A DNA stretch of 64,000 nt from NCBI RefSeq assembly GCF_022539665.2, contig NC_081333.1:12214001-12278000 (forward strand), in the 5' to 3' direction. The stretch is from Daphnia carinata. Lineage: Eukaryota. The position numbers and the translations under genes are program-made. The notes beneath the pieces were generated by a model. The model was not told the origin of the DNA. It ran no database searches and saw only the letters and a program-made list of their open reading frames with translations. Of the stretch, positions 32,201-46,400 are shown one piece after another; positions within the stretch are counted from its first letter, which is position 1; each line of letters begins with the position of its first letter.

Positions 32201-33828
32201 TTACTCCGTCCTTTAGCTGTTATTGTTGACTTTAGGCGAAGAAAAAAAGAGCGCGTTAAATCACCATCAGGACGCAGCGAAAGCACTTCACGGAGTTCAT
32301 CATGATCGCACGGGTGGCAATAGTCGTAAATACTTTGCCCAATCAGGTCCATCTGTTGCCAGGGGAAAAAAAAAATAAACAAACTGAATAAAGAAAAAGA
32401 TCTGTATGTTTTTCTAAGGATGAGATTGGTACCTGCGGGAGACCTAGTTGCTGGGTTACGTTTTCAGTCAAGTAGATGATATCTCCTTCAGATGATAGAG
32501 CCAATAGCATACCGCCAAGAGCTTGGGGCCAACATGCGTCGGCCATCGAACATTTTTCTTCATTCCACATACTGCACAGTTCTTGGACACCTGTCAAAAA
32601 CGGATGGATAGAAGTGGAGAAAAACGATTGGATGCGATTACAAATGACCTCTCCCTCTCTCCTTCTTTTTTTAAGTTGAATACTGAGTAAATAAAAGTCT
32701 CCTTACTGTTGCCAAGGAGAGACTGTGCTTTCAGGAAAGCTATGGTCAGCCTCATGATAGATGCCTTATCCAATTGAGAGCTAAGACTGGCCGGCACAGG
32801 GAGTAAATTGGCCATGTCGGTAAAGATTTCCGATTCCTTGCTTCGGCGGCAGCGCGCAGCTTCTCGGGATTTCTCCTTGCGCTTCTCCGAATTCCTGGTG
32901 GAACGAAAACGATTGGTGGCCGGAGCGATAGGAAAAAAAGAATCGAAGTTCATTTTTAGTTCTATTAACGTAGAACGACAAGTTTGCAATGACCTGACGC
33001 ACAGCAACACAACACAACGTATAGACTAATTCGTGCAAAGAAATTTATATTAGGTTTGCCTTATTAACAGGTTTTTTTTTAATGATTTAACCGCACAAAC
33101 AACTTGGTACGTCACTTAAGGGCGTCGGGGATTGAGCGAATGATAAAGAAGAGAAAATGCGCGACTAGTTGAAGAGTCGCACGGTAGTAGACTGCGGGGT
33201 CGTGTACCCAAACGAAAAACAAGAACATGAGAAAAAAAATAAAGAATCCATACTATAAGAAACATGGGATGCATATAGAGAATGACTCGACAAATGCTGG
33301 TTGAATCACCGCCAAAATCACGAGATGCATATTAACTAGCAAGAAATAGGTAATGATCACGTGATTTCCAGTCGGTATGGCAAACAAATCGTTCGGTCAA
33401 CAACATTTTTTGTTTTCGGTTTTGGAGCAACAACATCCACCCAAAAAGAGATTTTTTCGATGGATTACAAGGTCATCATCTAACGATGACCTCCAACCAT
33501 TTGCAACTCACGCCACTTGTGCCAACTGGTCAGTCTACTATTTATCATATCTGGTATACGCACAGCCCGCCAATGTAATCTGCAGCACAGGCTTTGGGTT
33601 CGGGATAAAAACCCTTCAGCCCAACCTACTGCGTTCTACGTACAAAAATTGGCAAGTTTTCTGATGGAATACTTATTTTGAGAAATTTTTTTAGGCCGTT
33701 TAAGAAGATGAGCATTATCGAATCAGGAAGTGCCAGATGTCACGGTCGACATTTCAGAAGACAATGTTGATATTTGGTAAAACAGTATCTTCTTACCGCC
33801 TCTTTTCCTTAGGAGCGCGCGTCGCCAT
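29214..33828 (-). CDS. HIF1A: Hypoxia-inducible factor alpha (HIF-1alpha / sima), bHLH-PAS
   Basis: Exons approx 33828-33797, 32894-32707, 32590-32433, 32352-32173, 32071-31812, 31735-31629, 31535-31387, 31312-31097, 31016-30679, 30610-30367, 30267-29752, 29477-29214. Motifs [33 protein letters not shown] (bHLH); [16 protein letters not shown] (PAS-A); [26 protein letters not shown] (PAS-B); LTHLAP and LDRRAPYI (ODD motifs). Confidence 0.96.
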
Positions 33829-36800
33829 GTTGGAAAATACAGGATTTCGTTGACTTTGTTTTCCAATGGCGTATATAGCCGACTGGCGCCAAAAAAACAC
33901 ACTTGTTTTTTCTGCTATCACAGATGTTTAAAACGAACACTGTTTGACACTGAACGTCAATTATATTTCACAGCAATACGACAATTCCTCGATGAAGGCG
34001 AATAGAAAACTAATTAGGGGGGGCCCAACTGCGTTGGCCCCTCACTCGTGAAAGTTGCAAGTCATACAGATCTGTTGCCATGGCCTCATGCCCTCATGAT
34101 AGTTGCATACAAGTAGAATGGAATCCCAGTGAAGTTTGACTGTCGCAACGCCATCTACGAGACAGAGCCACAACAGGTTTTTCAACGCAAATAATACTGA
34201 AGGTTTCCGTTAATAATTTCACCGTGTTTAGAATGAAGATGCAGTATTGGGACGATATCTTTACAACTGGTTGACGGAAATTGTTAAAATTTCAGTCAAG
34301 TGAATTTATCAAGTACTACGTCGTAGATAATTCCCTTTTAGTCGTTTTTTTTCATTGTAGAAATCTGATTTCTTTTCGAATTGGAATCGTAGAACATATA
34401 GAAAGAATAATTATTTCACAAAATTTTGGGCGTTGCTAATGTGTATTGTAGTATGTGTCTGATTTTGACGTTGTGTGTCACTGCATCTATCAATGGGATG
34501 ACACTATTTGAAGTTACGGATCTCTTTTGTCTTTCTTTCTCGCCATCTCTCGTCAAAGATATCTTCAACGTCAGTTTAGCTTTCGGATGCTAGGTGGCGA
34601 ACAACGTCATGCTATTCATTTCCCAAACCGCAAACGTGTTATTTGCTGAGACAAATTTTGGGTACGTGCATCACGATGCTGGATCCCGCCGACGTAGATA
34701 GACTTTTCGGGTGGGTCATTCACTACACTTCTACCACGCCCGCCACCCTGCACCAGTATGGAAAGTTACACATACAAATGGCAATAAGAATGCCGAAAAA
34801 CAAGTTGGACTCGCGACGTTGTCGTCTAGTCCAAGTAAGGAATACGAAACTAAACACTTACGAAAATGCGTAGTCTATAATACTGAACAGAACAAACAAA
34901 CAAACAAACATGAAAATAAAAATATAAATAAAGGATGTTTTGATGTCGAATTTTATTTCCAAAGGGCATAAACAGGTTGTCTTTTTCGTCTGGTCGGACA
35001 CCGGTTCGTAGCAGATCGGGATCGTATCCAAAAATATGCACGTGTGTGTGCATTGCGAACGACGCATTTTTTTTTCCCTAACGAAATACTTCGTCTGCCA
35101 AGCATTTTTACGGGTGGGTTAACAAGACTTTTTCGGAAAGCAAAAGAGAAATGCTCATGGGATTTCGGGAATAGGGCCAGAAAAATTTTGAACTCATCCC
35201 AAAATCAGAAAACCAAAAAAAGTGGGGGATAGGGAAGGATCCTTGAACAATGGGGCGACATGTTCTCCTCCCCGAGATAAAACAAAAGAACAGAGAGAGG
35301 GTAAAGCAAACTTATTTCTCGCGCAAGGATCAAACAGGAAAAAGATGGATGTCTTTTAATCTTTTTTCTTCCATAGTAATAGGGGTTTTCTCGTGGATTT
35401 GAAAAATATCCCAATGGGACGTGGAACAGAAAAATTCTTTTGCCGGCACTTCGGCGAATATAATTTGAATGTTCTTGTGAAAATCTTATCGTCTATCTGT
35501 CATTTATGTATAACGTCTACAGAAGATATTACCCAGCCATTCAGCATCCCAGCCTTTTTCTTTTATCTTTTGGTGACTAAGAAAGAAAACGTGGGGAAAA
35601 AGAACTACTCGACACGACGTCATGGCGTGTATTATTATATTGTCTGCAGACGTCGTAAAACACAAAAAAAAGGGTCTAAACAAAGGAGATTCGATCGCTT
35701 TTTTCATCTTCTTAGAATGAGTTGACGTCAAGGGAATCCAAAAGTGCTTTCCTGCTACCACACGCAGATATATATATTTTTTTTCGAGAAAAGTAATTTG
35801 TATTGTAATAAAAAAATCCTTGGAGTATTTGGCCGGAAAATTAAAAAAAAAACTGCAAATATAGATTGAGTTTTTGATCTTGGCCGACAGGTGGCGCGCG
35901 GGAAGCGCCACGTGTTCGAAACAATTTTTTTTTTTTGTCCGCCGTTATAAACCGATGGAAGGCGAAAAGGCGTTGGGTATGTTTTTTATACGCATAAAAT
36001 TTTCCCTTTTCTTTTTTTTTTTAGGGAGGAATGTGTATATTGTTTCCTCCTCTTTGTCATTCCAACGCACAAGACACGACGCCTTCGGTAAAAATAACAC
36101 GCACAGGTAAAAAAAAACTTACGTATACAAACACACGGAAATAGGCAAGCGGCCTTTTTCAAGCGAAACGTAATCCCATTTACGTCAAGCAACACACAAC
36201 ACTTCAATTGATTCCAAATCCGATTGTGTAAGTAACAGAGGAAGAGTGTGAACGTGAAAATGCTAATTCTGCTTGATTTCGATTTGAAAGGTTGACGAAA
36301 ATTTGGAAATGAATTCAAGTCTAGACGAAAACACATAGCTGTCGGCAATTTTTAGGAAGTTTGCTCGAAATGAATTGCGCGCAATTTAATCGGTAGGTGT
36401 AACCCACTCCTCTGCCACCATTTTTGTTTTTCAACGTCATCCTGATGCATCCAAAAACAATTAAAAATTCATTGTTCACATACGTCAATTGCAAGCTTTA
36501 CGTTTTTGTTTTCAACGATAATCCCGTTTGACAAGCCTTGCGTGATGAGCCGATATTTTTTGTTTACCTGGATTTAAGAAGACGACCAGCGAGAATCCAA
36601 TTTCACGTTGTACTCCATCACTCTCTCAACGCCTTTCCCATGACTTAAATTTTGTTTTTGCCAACATTTTGTATTTTTTAAAAATGTGTCAAGAAAAGGT
36701 TAACTGCCTTCGTCGAGATAAAGGAATAAAAATGAAAGCATTGACGTCCATGTGAGCAATCAGCCAAACTTCCCAGGTAGTCGGGCAAGGCAATACATTT

Positions 36801-37400
36801 TTAATGTGTACCCAAAAAAACGTATAATTTCTTTCTTTTATTGATGAACAGGTTCCAAGATATGTTTGTCATGATAGAAATCCTTCATTTTGTTTTTGTC
36901 GTGTCTCGTGAGAGAGACATTGGGAAATTATAAGCCTGAATTAAGAATGTGTGTCGTTGTCCCGTGATCATCCGATTCGGAATTCTCTCTCTGCCTCCAT
37001 TTTTTTTTTTCCTTTTTCTTTGTTATTTTCAGTTATAGAAAAAAAATGTGAAGGTCACAGGCATTGGATGTGTTCACCCTCGAACACGCTGATCGAAACA
37101 GAATCCCGGCATGTGTTTTCATACTTCTCCGTTATGTGGCGCTAGTGTTCCCTCCTCGAGCTGCCGAACATTGGCAGCGTGTCCGTGTCAGTAGGTGACG
37201 AGCTTCCACGCCGTCAACAAGCAACGTGTTTATTGCGCTAGATATTCATGTGTGTTTGTGAGAGACCTAAAATAACAAAAGCCGACCATACAGATGAGAC
37301 TTGAAACTAATAGTCAACTGTTTTTGAATATCCCTTTTTTCTGTTGGTAGGCCAACGTTATTTTGTTTTACTGATTTTCAGTCGTGTTTGTGATATTAAG

Positions 37401-40400
37401 ATGAGCGCTCTTTGTTGTGCAGTGCCTAGTTTAATGGCTACCGGCGGCGGAGTCAATACTTCTTCGATGCCCGTCGTGTATCATCATTTTAATCGACCAT
37501 CCGCCATGGCTCTCCCACAACAACAGAATTCATTCATGTCGATGGAATTGAATAACAGCAATGAGTACCGAATGCAACAACAACAACTTCCTTGTCATCA
37601 GCCGGTAGACCAGTTTACAACAACAGTTTACGGTAGTAGCAATAGTCAACAACAATTTCTGATGCCTCAACAACAAGCCATCACATCCAGCCAGCAGTCA
37701 CGTGCCTCACGGCGGAAGAGGTTGGAAGATGCATTGACTGAGGCCATTCCGGCCGCTTCGAGTTGCAAAGTATCTCAGCGGATTGCTCAACTTCAACAGA
37801 GTCTGTACGCATCGTGCCATCCAGTCGCAGCTGGAAGAAGTGTGCATCCATCGCGGCCATTGTCGCTGGATCCTTTAAAAGATTATTCTCTGCCTTTGAC
37901 GGTTGACTGCTCCATCGAATACGATTTACCACGCGTCGCTCGGCCTCCCCCTGGAGCCAAACCTTTGCTCTTGATTGCTCGACGACCTCCACCCCCGCCA
38001 ACTCTTCCAGCCGTACGCGAATCACCGTCAAGACAAAGGCAGCAGCAATGGAATCCCGTCATCAGAACAGCAACTCATCAAGTTTTGCTGCAACAATCAA
38101 GTCAACAATTTCAATTCCGTCCGGATTGTACCGGATATTTTGTGATGAACGTGGCGCCAGTCAGCTCATCCAGCTCGGAGGATAGCGGCCGTGGAACGGA
38201 TTCCGAACAGCATCCGTCTAGTCCCGTGACCAGCAACTCTTATCGAATTGCCACAGCTCATCATCCGACCAATAATAATTGGATGAATGCATCAGAACCA
38301 CAATGGACGTCTCTCATTCGTCAACAACAATTAAAATACAACCAGCACATGAAACCAACAGCTCTTCCGGCTCCTCAACATCCTCGTCCAGCAGGTCAGT
38401 CACGATATATTTTTTTTTTTTGAATAGTAACAATCGCAGGGGGGGAATGGATAAAACATGTCATGTGAAAATGTACAGCGTATCTGTATGCACGTTTGAT
38501 TTGATTATTATATCCGCGATGTTGGTAGGGAGTGGCTCGTAGGGGGGGAGGGTTTTCACTTTAAATGCAAGAAGAGTAGGGGAAGTTAGGTAGGATGTTC
38601 GTGACGTTGCATACAGGATCGGCTTCATTATTATTCTCTGCGCCTCGTTACGAGACACGTCACGGCCATGTGACACACCCGCGCGCGGGCGCACCGTGAC
38701 ACGCATCTCTTTTTGAAAAAAAAAAGTTTCTCCCTTCCATGTCCGTTTATTCAATTATTCCACCCGCTGCCATCGCTGCCGCCGTCAGTATTCATCAAAA
38801 GAAATGGACTGTGCGACAGACGTCGGTCCCATTTATTTACCATTTTATTAATAACCGTATAGGCCGGGAGTAAAAAAAAAAAGGGGGAGGGCAATCTGAC
38901 TTTGTCCGGAATTTAAGTCACGGAAACGATGAATGTCGACCGGATTTTTTTAATCTGAGAAATCATTAAAGTTTCATTTTAATGAGGATTTTAAACTTTC
39001 TGATTCGTCTGCCCAAATTTGGTGATTTTCTTTTTTTGGTCTTTCCAAATTTGAAAATGTCATCAAGAATGTTAAAAGGAAACGGGTTTCCGATTGCTGC
39101 AATCAAAATATTTTATTTTAAATGGAAATTCATTAACACAGTCCATATTCCACCAAAACTGGCATTTCCTGTTTGGAACTCTTGCTGTTAAGGGTCATTT
39201 TTATCTAGTTGTTCCCATCTTTCGTTTGCTCTTTACTTTTTTTAAGGATTGGCCTCTTCTTATCGTCCATCTTGAAACAAAGATAAAGCTCTTTTCCCAT
39301 TTTGTTGTTGAAAATTGAATACGAGGGCCATTTTCTATTGGAGATTTCCTCTTATATTTTTTTGAAAGTTGTGGAGGATCGATTTCCTGCGTGTGGCCAT
39401 CCCCCCCTTGACATTTGATACAAGGGGGGACAATCGGGCTACTGTGAAACACAAGGTGATTAACATCTATTCCGTTTGACTGATTTCTAACTTGCAACCA
39501 TGTTTTAAACAGGAACTCGAGCTGATTGAGTTTCAAGAAAATCTTTTTTAAAAAACATGTTTATATTCCAGTTGGCTAATGTAGCGGGACAGGAAGTTTG
39601 AGAAAATTAGGGTAGCGGTAATATTTTTTCGCGAGTGAAAAAAAAAAACAATTGAGAAAATGTGAAGAACCAATTTGGCGTCGAGGGGCGTCGTTAATGA
39701 TGAGATCGTGCGTATGTGCAGACATTCGCTTTCTCATTACCTTGGGTTTTCACGGCGTGAGGAAGTTGCAACAAAACAAGTGCTGACCTTGATTTCATTT
39801 CACGCGCCATCAGGTTCCCTTTTTTTTCGGGAAAGTCGTGCTTTAAAAAAATCACCGGGAGGCTTTTCTCCTAGGAAGAATTAAAGTTGATTGCGGTATA
39901 ATTCCACCGGGGTTCTTCCCAAAAAAAAAAGTAGGAAATGTACGAGGGTGGTTAACAACCACACAAAGAATTTCTTGTTGTTTCAGGGGGATAAAAAACA
40001 ACTGCAGTGGCTTAACCATTTCCTGTTGAGCGGTTGGTAATCATCATCTTGACCGCTTTTTTCTATGTTGATTGCGTATAGTTTTTAATAAGATGTACGC
40101 TAGTTATTTCCGAGCGTCACACAGAAATAACTCGTTTTCACTTGGAGAGTTGCGGGTGGTGTAATGTTAGAAAACGTGAAAAATATTAAAATTAAATATT
40201 TTTGTGGGATTGTAGAAGCTGCACGAGCGCGAGTTTCTATGACAGCAACGGACCAGTCAGGATGTCATTGTTGCCCGTCTCGATCGAATCCATTTCCAGC
40301 TCAACGATGGGCTCCGTACAACACAACAGCCATGATGTCCGCCAGGCACGGTTGCCCAGCTCCTGTTATCCTCCAACAACCAAATGTCGAAACGACAAGC

Positions 40401-40496
40401 TGGGCAAGATGGAACGATTCATCCGTGGTGGAGTCCAATCCCCACTACACTAACCATCCGTCGTCTGCTTCAATGATGGCCGCCTTTCATATTTAA
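37401..40496 (+). CDS. Uncharacterised Gln/Ser/Pro-rich protein, paralog A (~424 aa)
   Basis: Exon 1 37401-38394 (gcag|gtcagt, phase 1) joins in frame to exon 2 40216-40496 (gtag|aagct). Shares MSALC..GGGV and the core LSLDPLKDYSLPLTVDCSIEYDLPRVARPPPGAKPLLLIA with paralog B. Confidence 0.82.
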
Positions 40497-43400
40497 ATGA
40501 TCTCGAATTTTTTTTTTTTCTTTTTCTTTAACTTTATATATTATACATAGTCACACACACATTTGTCAAACGGGTTTTTTTCATTTCTCATTTTCTTCTT
40601 TTTTGTGTGTGTGTGTGTGTGTTGTTTTCTTGTTTTGAATTAAGATCGGGGACTGTGTTTCTTTTGTTTGGAGAATGGTGCTGTGATACGTCGTTGGCCT
40701 TGTTTAAAATCCCCCCCTCTTTTGTCTCATGTAAAAAAACATTTCAATCCCGAAAAAGAAAATGGTTCTTAAAAAAAAAATTAGTTTTTCGGCCAAAATG
40801 TTTGGATTGAGTCGGCGGAGGGATCGATTGTAATACAAACCTTTAATGGGATAACAAAATTTTTTTCCTTTTTCATTAAAAATAGAAAAATATGCATGAA
40901 ATAATCCCATTTTTTTTTTTAAGTTAGATAGAGGTGATGATGATTGACGTCTGCACGTTTGTGTTTTTACCGTCGTGACATCAAGTCTGGCGCCTTAAAC
41001 ATTTTTCCAAACATGATAAGACAAGAATGTCTTTTTCTTGACGGATTTTAATCAGTTGCCAAAAAAGAGAGAGATCATTAGCGTGAATTTGAAAAGAAAA
41101 AAAGTCGGAACCGCACAAGTGACCTTGTAACAGACATAAATCATTAAAAGAAAAATAACGCATTGGACTGTGGCGCAAAGAAATGAGGGTCCCGACATTT
41201 TTTCTTTCTCACGCCTCTTATGCGAGAAGGAGAAACAAAAGTTTCATGCCAGGCTGCGCATTTCCCTCTTCAATTAACACGGCAGCGGGAAGGGTGACTT
41301 TTCAAAAAAAAAAAAACAATTGAATCGCTTCTTTCCTGCTGAGAAAAATCATAAAAGATGTTAAACAATGTAACACGACATTCTGTTGGGTCCATTTTTT
41401 TTGTTTGAAAAATTTCGTGAAATCATGATTAAATGGGAGTGGTTGCATACAGAAAAACAAAATGCTTTTGTTTAGAAAAAAAAAAGGCGTGTTCTCGGCG
41501 TGAACCAAAATGGCCGCCATACGGATGTTCCTTCGTCACCAGAAGCTGTCAGACTTTGAAAATTGTTTTATGGAAAAATGACATCCATCACAGGCCGGCA
41601 TTTTTAATTCGCGTTTTATTATTTTTTTTTAGAAAGACGGAAATAACTTGGCCCCAAAAAAAAACAGGTACACAAAACTTTGGGGTTTTTCTTGGAATAA
41701 AAAATAAAATTACCTTTAGGCCGGTTTTGTTTTTTCTTGAAAATGCCGCGCGCGCGCCCTTCGACTTGATTGGTTTCCGAATTGCAATTCACTCGAAAAT
41801 TACCTCTTTTTTTTTCTCTTTTTTAAAATTGGTCCCTTAAAAAATAAAAGAGAAGAGAGCAGGTAAAAATGAAAGGGACGGGGTTTCGTCATATACCTAT
41901 TGTAAAAAAAAAAAAAGTTAAATATACGTGTATATAGGCCGGAGGGGGGAGGTACCCATCATCAATTTAAAAATTCGCTTGTTTTTTTTTATTTTTTAAA
42001 GAAATGTTTTATTATTTCCAAAAAAAAAAAAGTTTAAATTACCGTGTCTACGTTATATGCCTCCAGGGGGAATATATCACGCGACTAACACGACCGAGCG
42101 TAACGACGTTATAGAACCGAGTCGGATTGACAACGAACTTTTTTTTTTTCTTTACAAACGATCCGCGTCGAATGCACGACGTGTGTTTTTTTTTTCAAGA
42201 AAAAAATAAACCATTCAGGAATTCATCGAATGTTAGTGTGGAGAGAGACAATAAAGGCGTTTATTCGATTCTCCTCCCTATCACGACTTTTCTTTTTTAT
42301 AACAAAATACAAATGAGGGTGAACAAAAAAAAACATTGTAATTCTTTTTAAATTAAAAAAAAATAGATTGGAACTTTTTATTTTGTACTGAACCCTTAAA
42401 AAATAAAAGACGACGTCATTTTATCAGAGAGCCGATATGGAATTTTTGATTGAAACCTGCTGTGTTTATCCTCCCCTTTTTCTTTCCTGTGTATGTCTAG
42501 AATTTTTTTTATATCCCTCAATATAAATCTTTTTTCTCCATCTCTCCCCCCCCCCCTCCCAAAATCTGATTACCAGCTGTTTCGAAAAAAGAGAGGGGGT
42601 TCGTTATTTCTACGTTTCTTATTATACACATTGGCCGCAATTATAAGACATTTTCTATATAACGGACGTTGTATTTTTGAAAAAAAAAAATTTCTTAGAA
42701 AATGAATGATGGAATTATTTGGGTTGATGAGGGTCTTGCATCACCAATTCTTATCCTCCAAAAAAGGAACATATCGGCGTGTGTCACTGACAAACCTTAT
42801 AGGTCCCTGTGCGATTGTCATCTCCATATAATCACGAACCTGTTCCTTTCAAGTCTTATTTATTATTCTTTTTTCGTGTGTGTTTCCATTTAAATGTATT
42901 TTTTGGGGCACCACATGCGTGCGTAGCATTTCTGATTGCAACACTATTTTTTTTTATATACCTGTGTGTTTACTGCAATATGGCCAGAGGGATAGTAAAC
43001 AACAATGTCCGGTACACGGGGAGGATGGAAATTATCTTGTGTTTTAAACGATTCTTGAAAAACTTTAAATGATGTAAGATTTTTTTGTTTGTCTTGAGGC
43101 AACCTGGACAACATAACAAGGACGCAAAGACACGTCGGCGCCAATTAACTGACGGGCAAAAAATGGTGGGCCAACTGCCAAAGTCGAACGCATTAACTCA
43201 ACAACTACCTTCTTTTTTAGACTTCATTATACGACATGTGCTACTGCACTAAAGCTTTTTCGTCTTATGGAAATGGAAAGTTTTCTTTTTTTTTCTAAAA
43301 TCAACGTGGATTTTATTTTTGGAGATAAAATAGAAAAAGGACAAACATTTTCTTCGTTAAGTTTGGCAACAAAAAAAAATTGGAATCGGTTCAATTATTC

Positions 43401-46400
43401 AAATAAATAATTGCGAATTGGATTCTTTTGTGTTTTTGAGGGTGCGGTTGGGTGTGTCGCACGTCTGTGTAAACAGAAAAAAAAACATTTCACGAGTGAC
43501 TCGAAATTTCCAGCTGCCGGCCTTCCTTTTGGCAAAAATGGCGCCGTTCATTTTTTTCTCTTTAATGCTCTTCCACTTATATATTTTTTCCTTAAAAAAA
43601 AACAAAAAAATGAACAGTTTACCACGTCATTAAACCGTCGACACACACGCACTTTAAATGCTCGGCAACCCATTAGTTGTTTCCCCTCATTTTCCCCTCT
43701 CGGATCGTTTTTAAACATCCAAAAGAATAATTTTCTTTTTTCAATTAAAGTTGTGTTTAAAATTCGTTATACACATCGGTCAATAGCCAAACTTATCGAT
43801 ACAAGCATTTGAAAATCAAGATTGAAACACGATCTAACCGGTTTATGTATGCCAATGTCTTTTTTTTTCCGGGGAAATTCAGTTAAATAAAATAAAGAAT
43901 TGATTGTCGTCTAGACGTGTTCACATATGGATATAATGAGGACTACCTATTTTTTCTCGCCAAACGTGGAGTAATTTACACAAATGCCCAAAATTCACGA
44001 GTTGTTGTTGCCTATTTCGACCCCCCTGTTGCACGATTTATCTCAAAGGCCTTTTGTGTGGAATTTTCATGAATAATCATTTCAGAGAGAGGGGGCTTTG
44101 TTCCGCAGGGCTAGAAACTTGTTATTCATCGTCGATGTTTTTTTTTTTTCAAAATGTTTTTAAAACTTCGATGTGCATGCAAGAAATAGATGGCTAGTCA
44201 TTAAATGGGAGTCGCCCCAAGTTTTTTTTTTTCACATGCTCTGCTAAAATTATAATCAAAATCATATCCGATGGCGTACTTGCGCAGCCTATAAACAACA
44301 TTGTGGTTCAATAAAAACAACGTTATTTTCAGGTAAAAAAACACCTCTAGCGACAAGATCTGGAACAGAGCGATTTGAAAAAAACCCTCTATAATTACAA
44401 AGTATAATAAAATAAAATTTAAGTTGATGTTTCCAGATGTGCTCTAGATTTTGAATAGATGTTAAGCCACATGTTTTGCATATCTCTTATTTTTTCTCTA
44501 GGTGAACCAGTACGCTAAAAACAGGCAAGGACATGACAGATGTGAGAAACGTGGGGGGATAAATACCTAACAAAATAAATGTATTCACGAGCCAGTGAAT
44601 GACACACACGATATCCACGTCAGTTTTTTCTGTCGAAATCGACCGTGAGTCATTGCCTGCGGCTTCTGCGGGATATTCTTTTGCGGGAGTATTTTTTTAA
44701 AATATGCCTTTCGAGAGAAAAACATGTTTATCAACAATTCTCTCTCGAATTTCTGTCCGCCGTGTATAAATAACGTGAAAACAAAAGAAATGTTTTAAAA
44801 AAAAAGGTTTTGAGTGACGCGCCCTATTGTTGCACGTTCGGTTTCTATACGAAACTCAAACTGATGAGCAACCCTATTCAATTTGATTGTTTCAAAAAAT
44901 CCGATGAAAGGGGAGGTGCCTATTGTGTTCTATTTTTAAATAAATTCATACATTAACTTTGAGATTGCTATTGTTTCACGTTTAGGACATTGCCGATTGT
45001 TATGACCCACACCTCTACGTCCAACTCATTGGCTGTGTGTGCGCAGGTGAAGTGCCAGGTGTATGTAATAATAAAAAAACCCGCATGTAGAACCAGAACG
45101 TGCACTACATTCACTTTCGTCACAATTAATTCCAAATGCAGGCATTAAACTAAATTCTATTTTTCCCCGCAAAGGAGAAGTTTGTTTACTGAGAGGACAA
45201 AACGGTTCGATATGAAGTGCCCGAAAGCGACACAGAGATGCATAATACAGTTGAGTGAGAAGGGGGGGGGCACAAAGTTGGCGGAAGCAACAACATGTGT
45301 GCTATCCAAAATGGGCCCTATCTAACATTTAATAAGCAGATAGAACCATCTGACGAAAACTTTTGCCAAACTCGCTTATACACACACACACACAACATCA
45401 TAAAAGAATAATAAGCGTTCCGCACACCAGGGCGGCGCTGATCTTTTATTATCCAGTCTTCCTTTTTATTTAATTTTTACCGATATACAGTTGAATGCTA
45501 CCATGTTTCATATACATTTTGGAGGCGGTTACCGTAGCAACGCAGCTAGGAAACATGGGATGAGAAACCATTTTTTTTTTTTTTCGTACTTGATGATGAC
45601 GATTGACTGACTTTTCCATATTCCCTTACAAACGCAGGCTGTTGTGGTGCACTTTGCCCGGTGGTATCAAGTGATCCCTACTCCCCCCAGCCAACGTAAT
45701 CTATATGTATGATGCTTTTCACATATATATATATATATACCGGTCGCTGTCTCCCTTTTGAAATAAATATTGCATGATACACAGAATGTAAGTCTTATGG
45801 ACGTCTCCCGTTGCTGGAACGCCCTAATCTCGAAAGTTAATGGCATGAGGGTTTTTTTTTTTTTTTTTAACAACTTTGCGATCAATGGAGTCCTTTTTGT
45901 TGGATGAAACCTGGTCCATTTTATTTTCAAGGATCATCGCAATCAAGTGTCGTTTCTCGGCCGTGATAGCCACAAACCAAGGCAAATTGAGAAGGTCGCT
46001 CAAATTATCTTTGGCCGATGTACCATTGAATAGCCACTCAACCAATCACGGATAATTGTATCAATTTTTCATTCGTCATCTGTTTTTTCTTTAAAGTGCA
46101 GCTCATTTTTTTTTTTTCTTATAGAGATGTGCAAGTCTTTTTACGGTGTGGGCGTGGTCAAGTATTTTCGTTTTATTTCTCTAGATCTACCATAGGGCTG
46201 TTAGATATGTTTTTTAAAAGAAGTCTCCATTTTTTTTTAACGCGGCACGACTCCAACGGATCAAACATTTTCGCCGCAAAAAAAGTTCCAGGAGATGTTG
46301 TTTACGACCTTGATTTATACCATACAGGCCTAAGTTGAGGGTGGAAGGGAGGAGATGTAAAATGAAAAGTAGAAGGAGGAGGAAACCTTTTTTAACAACA

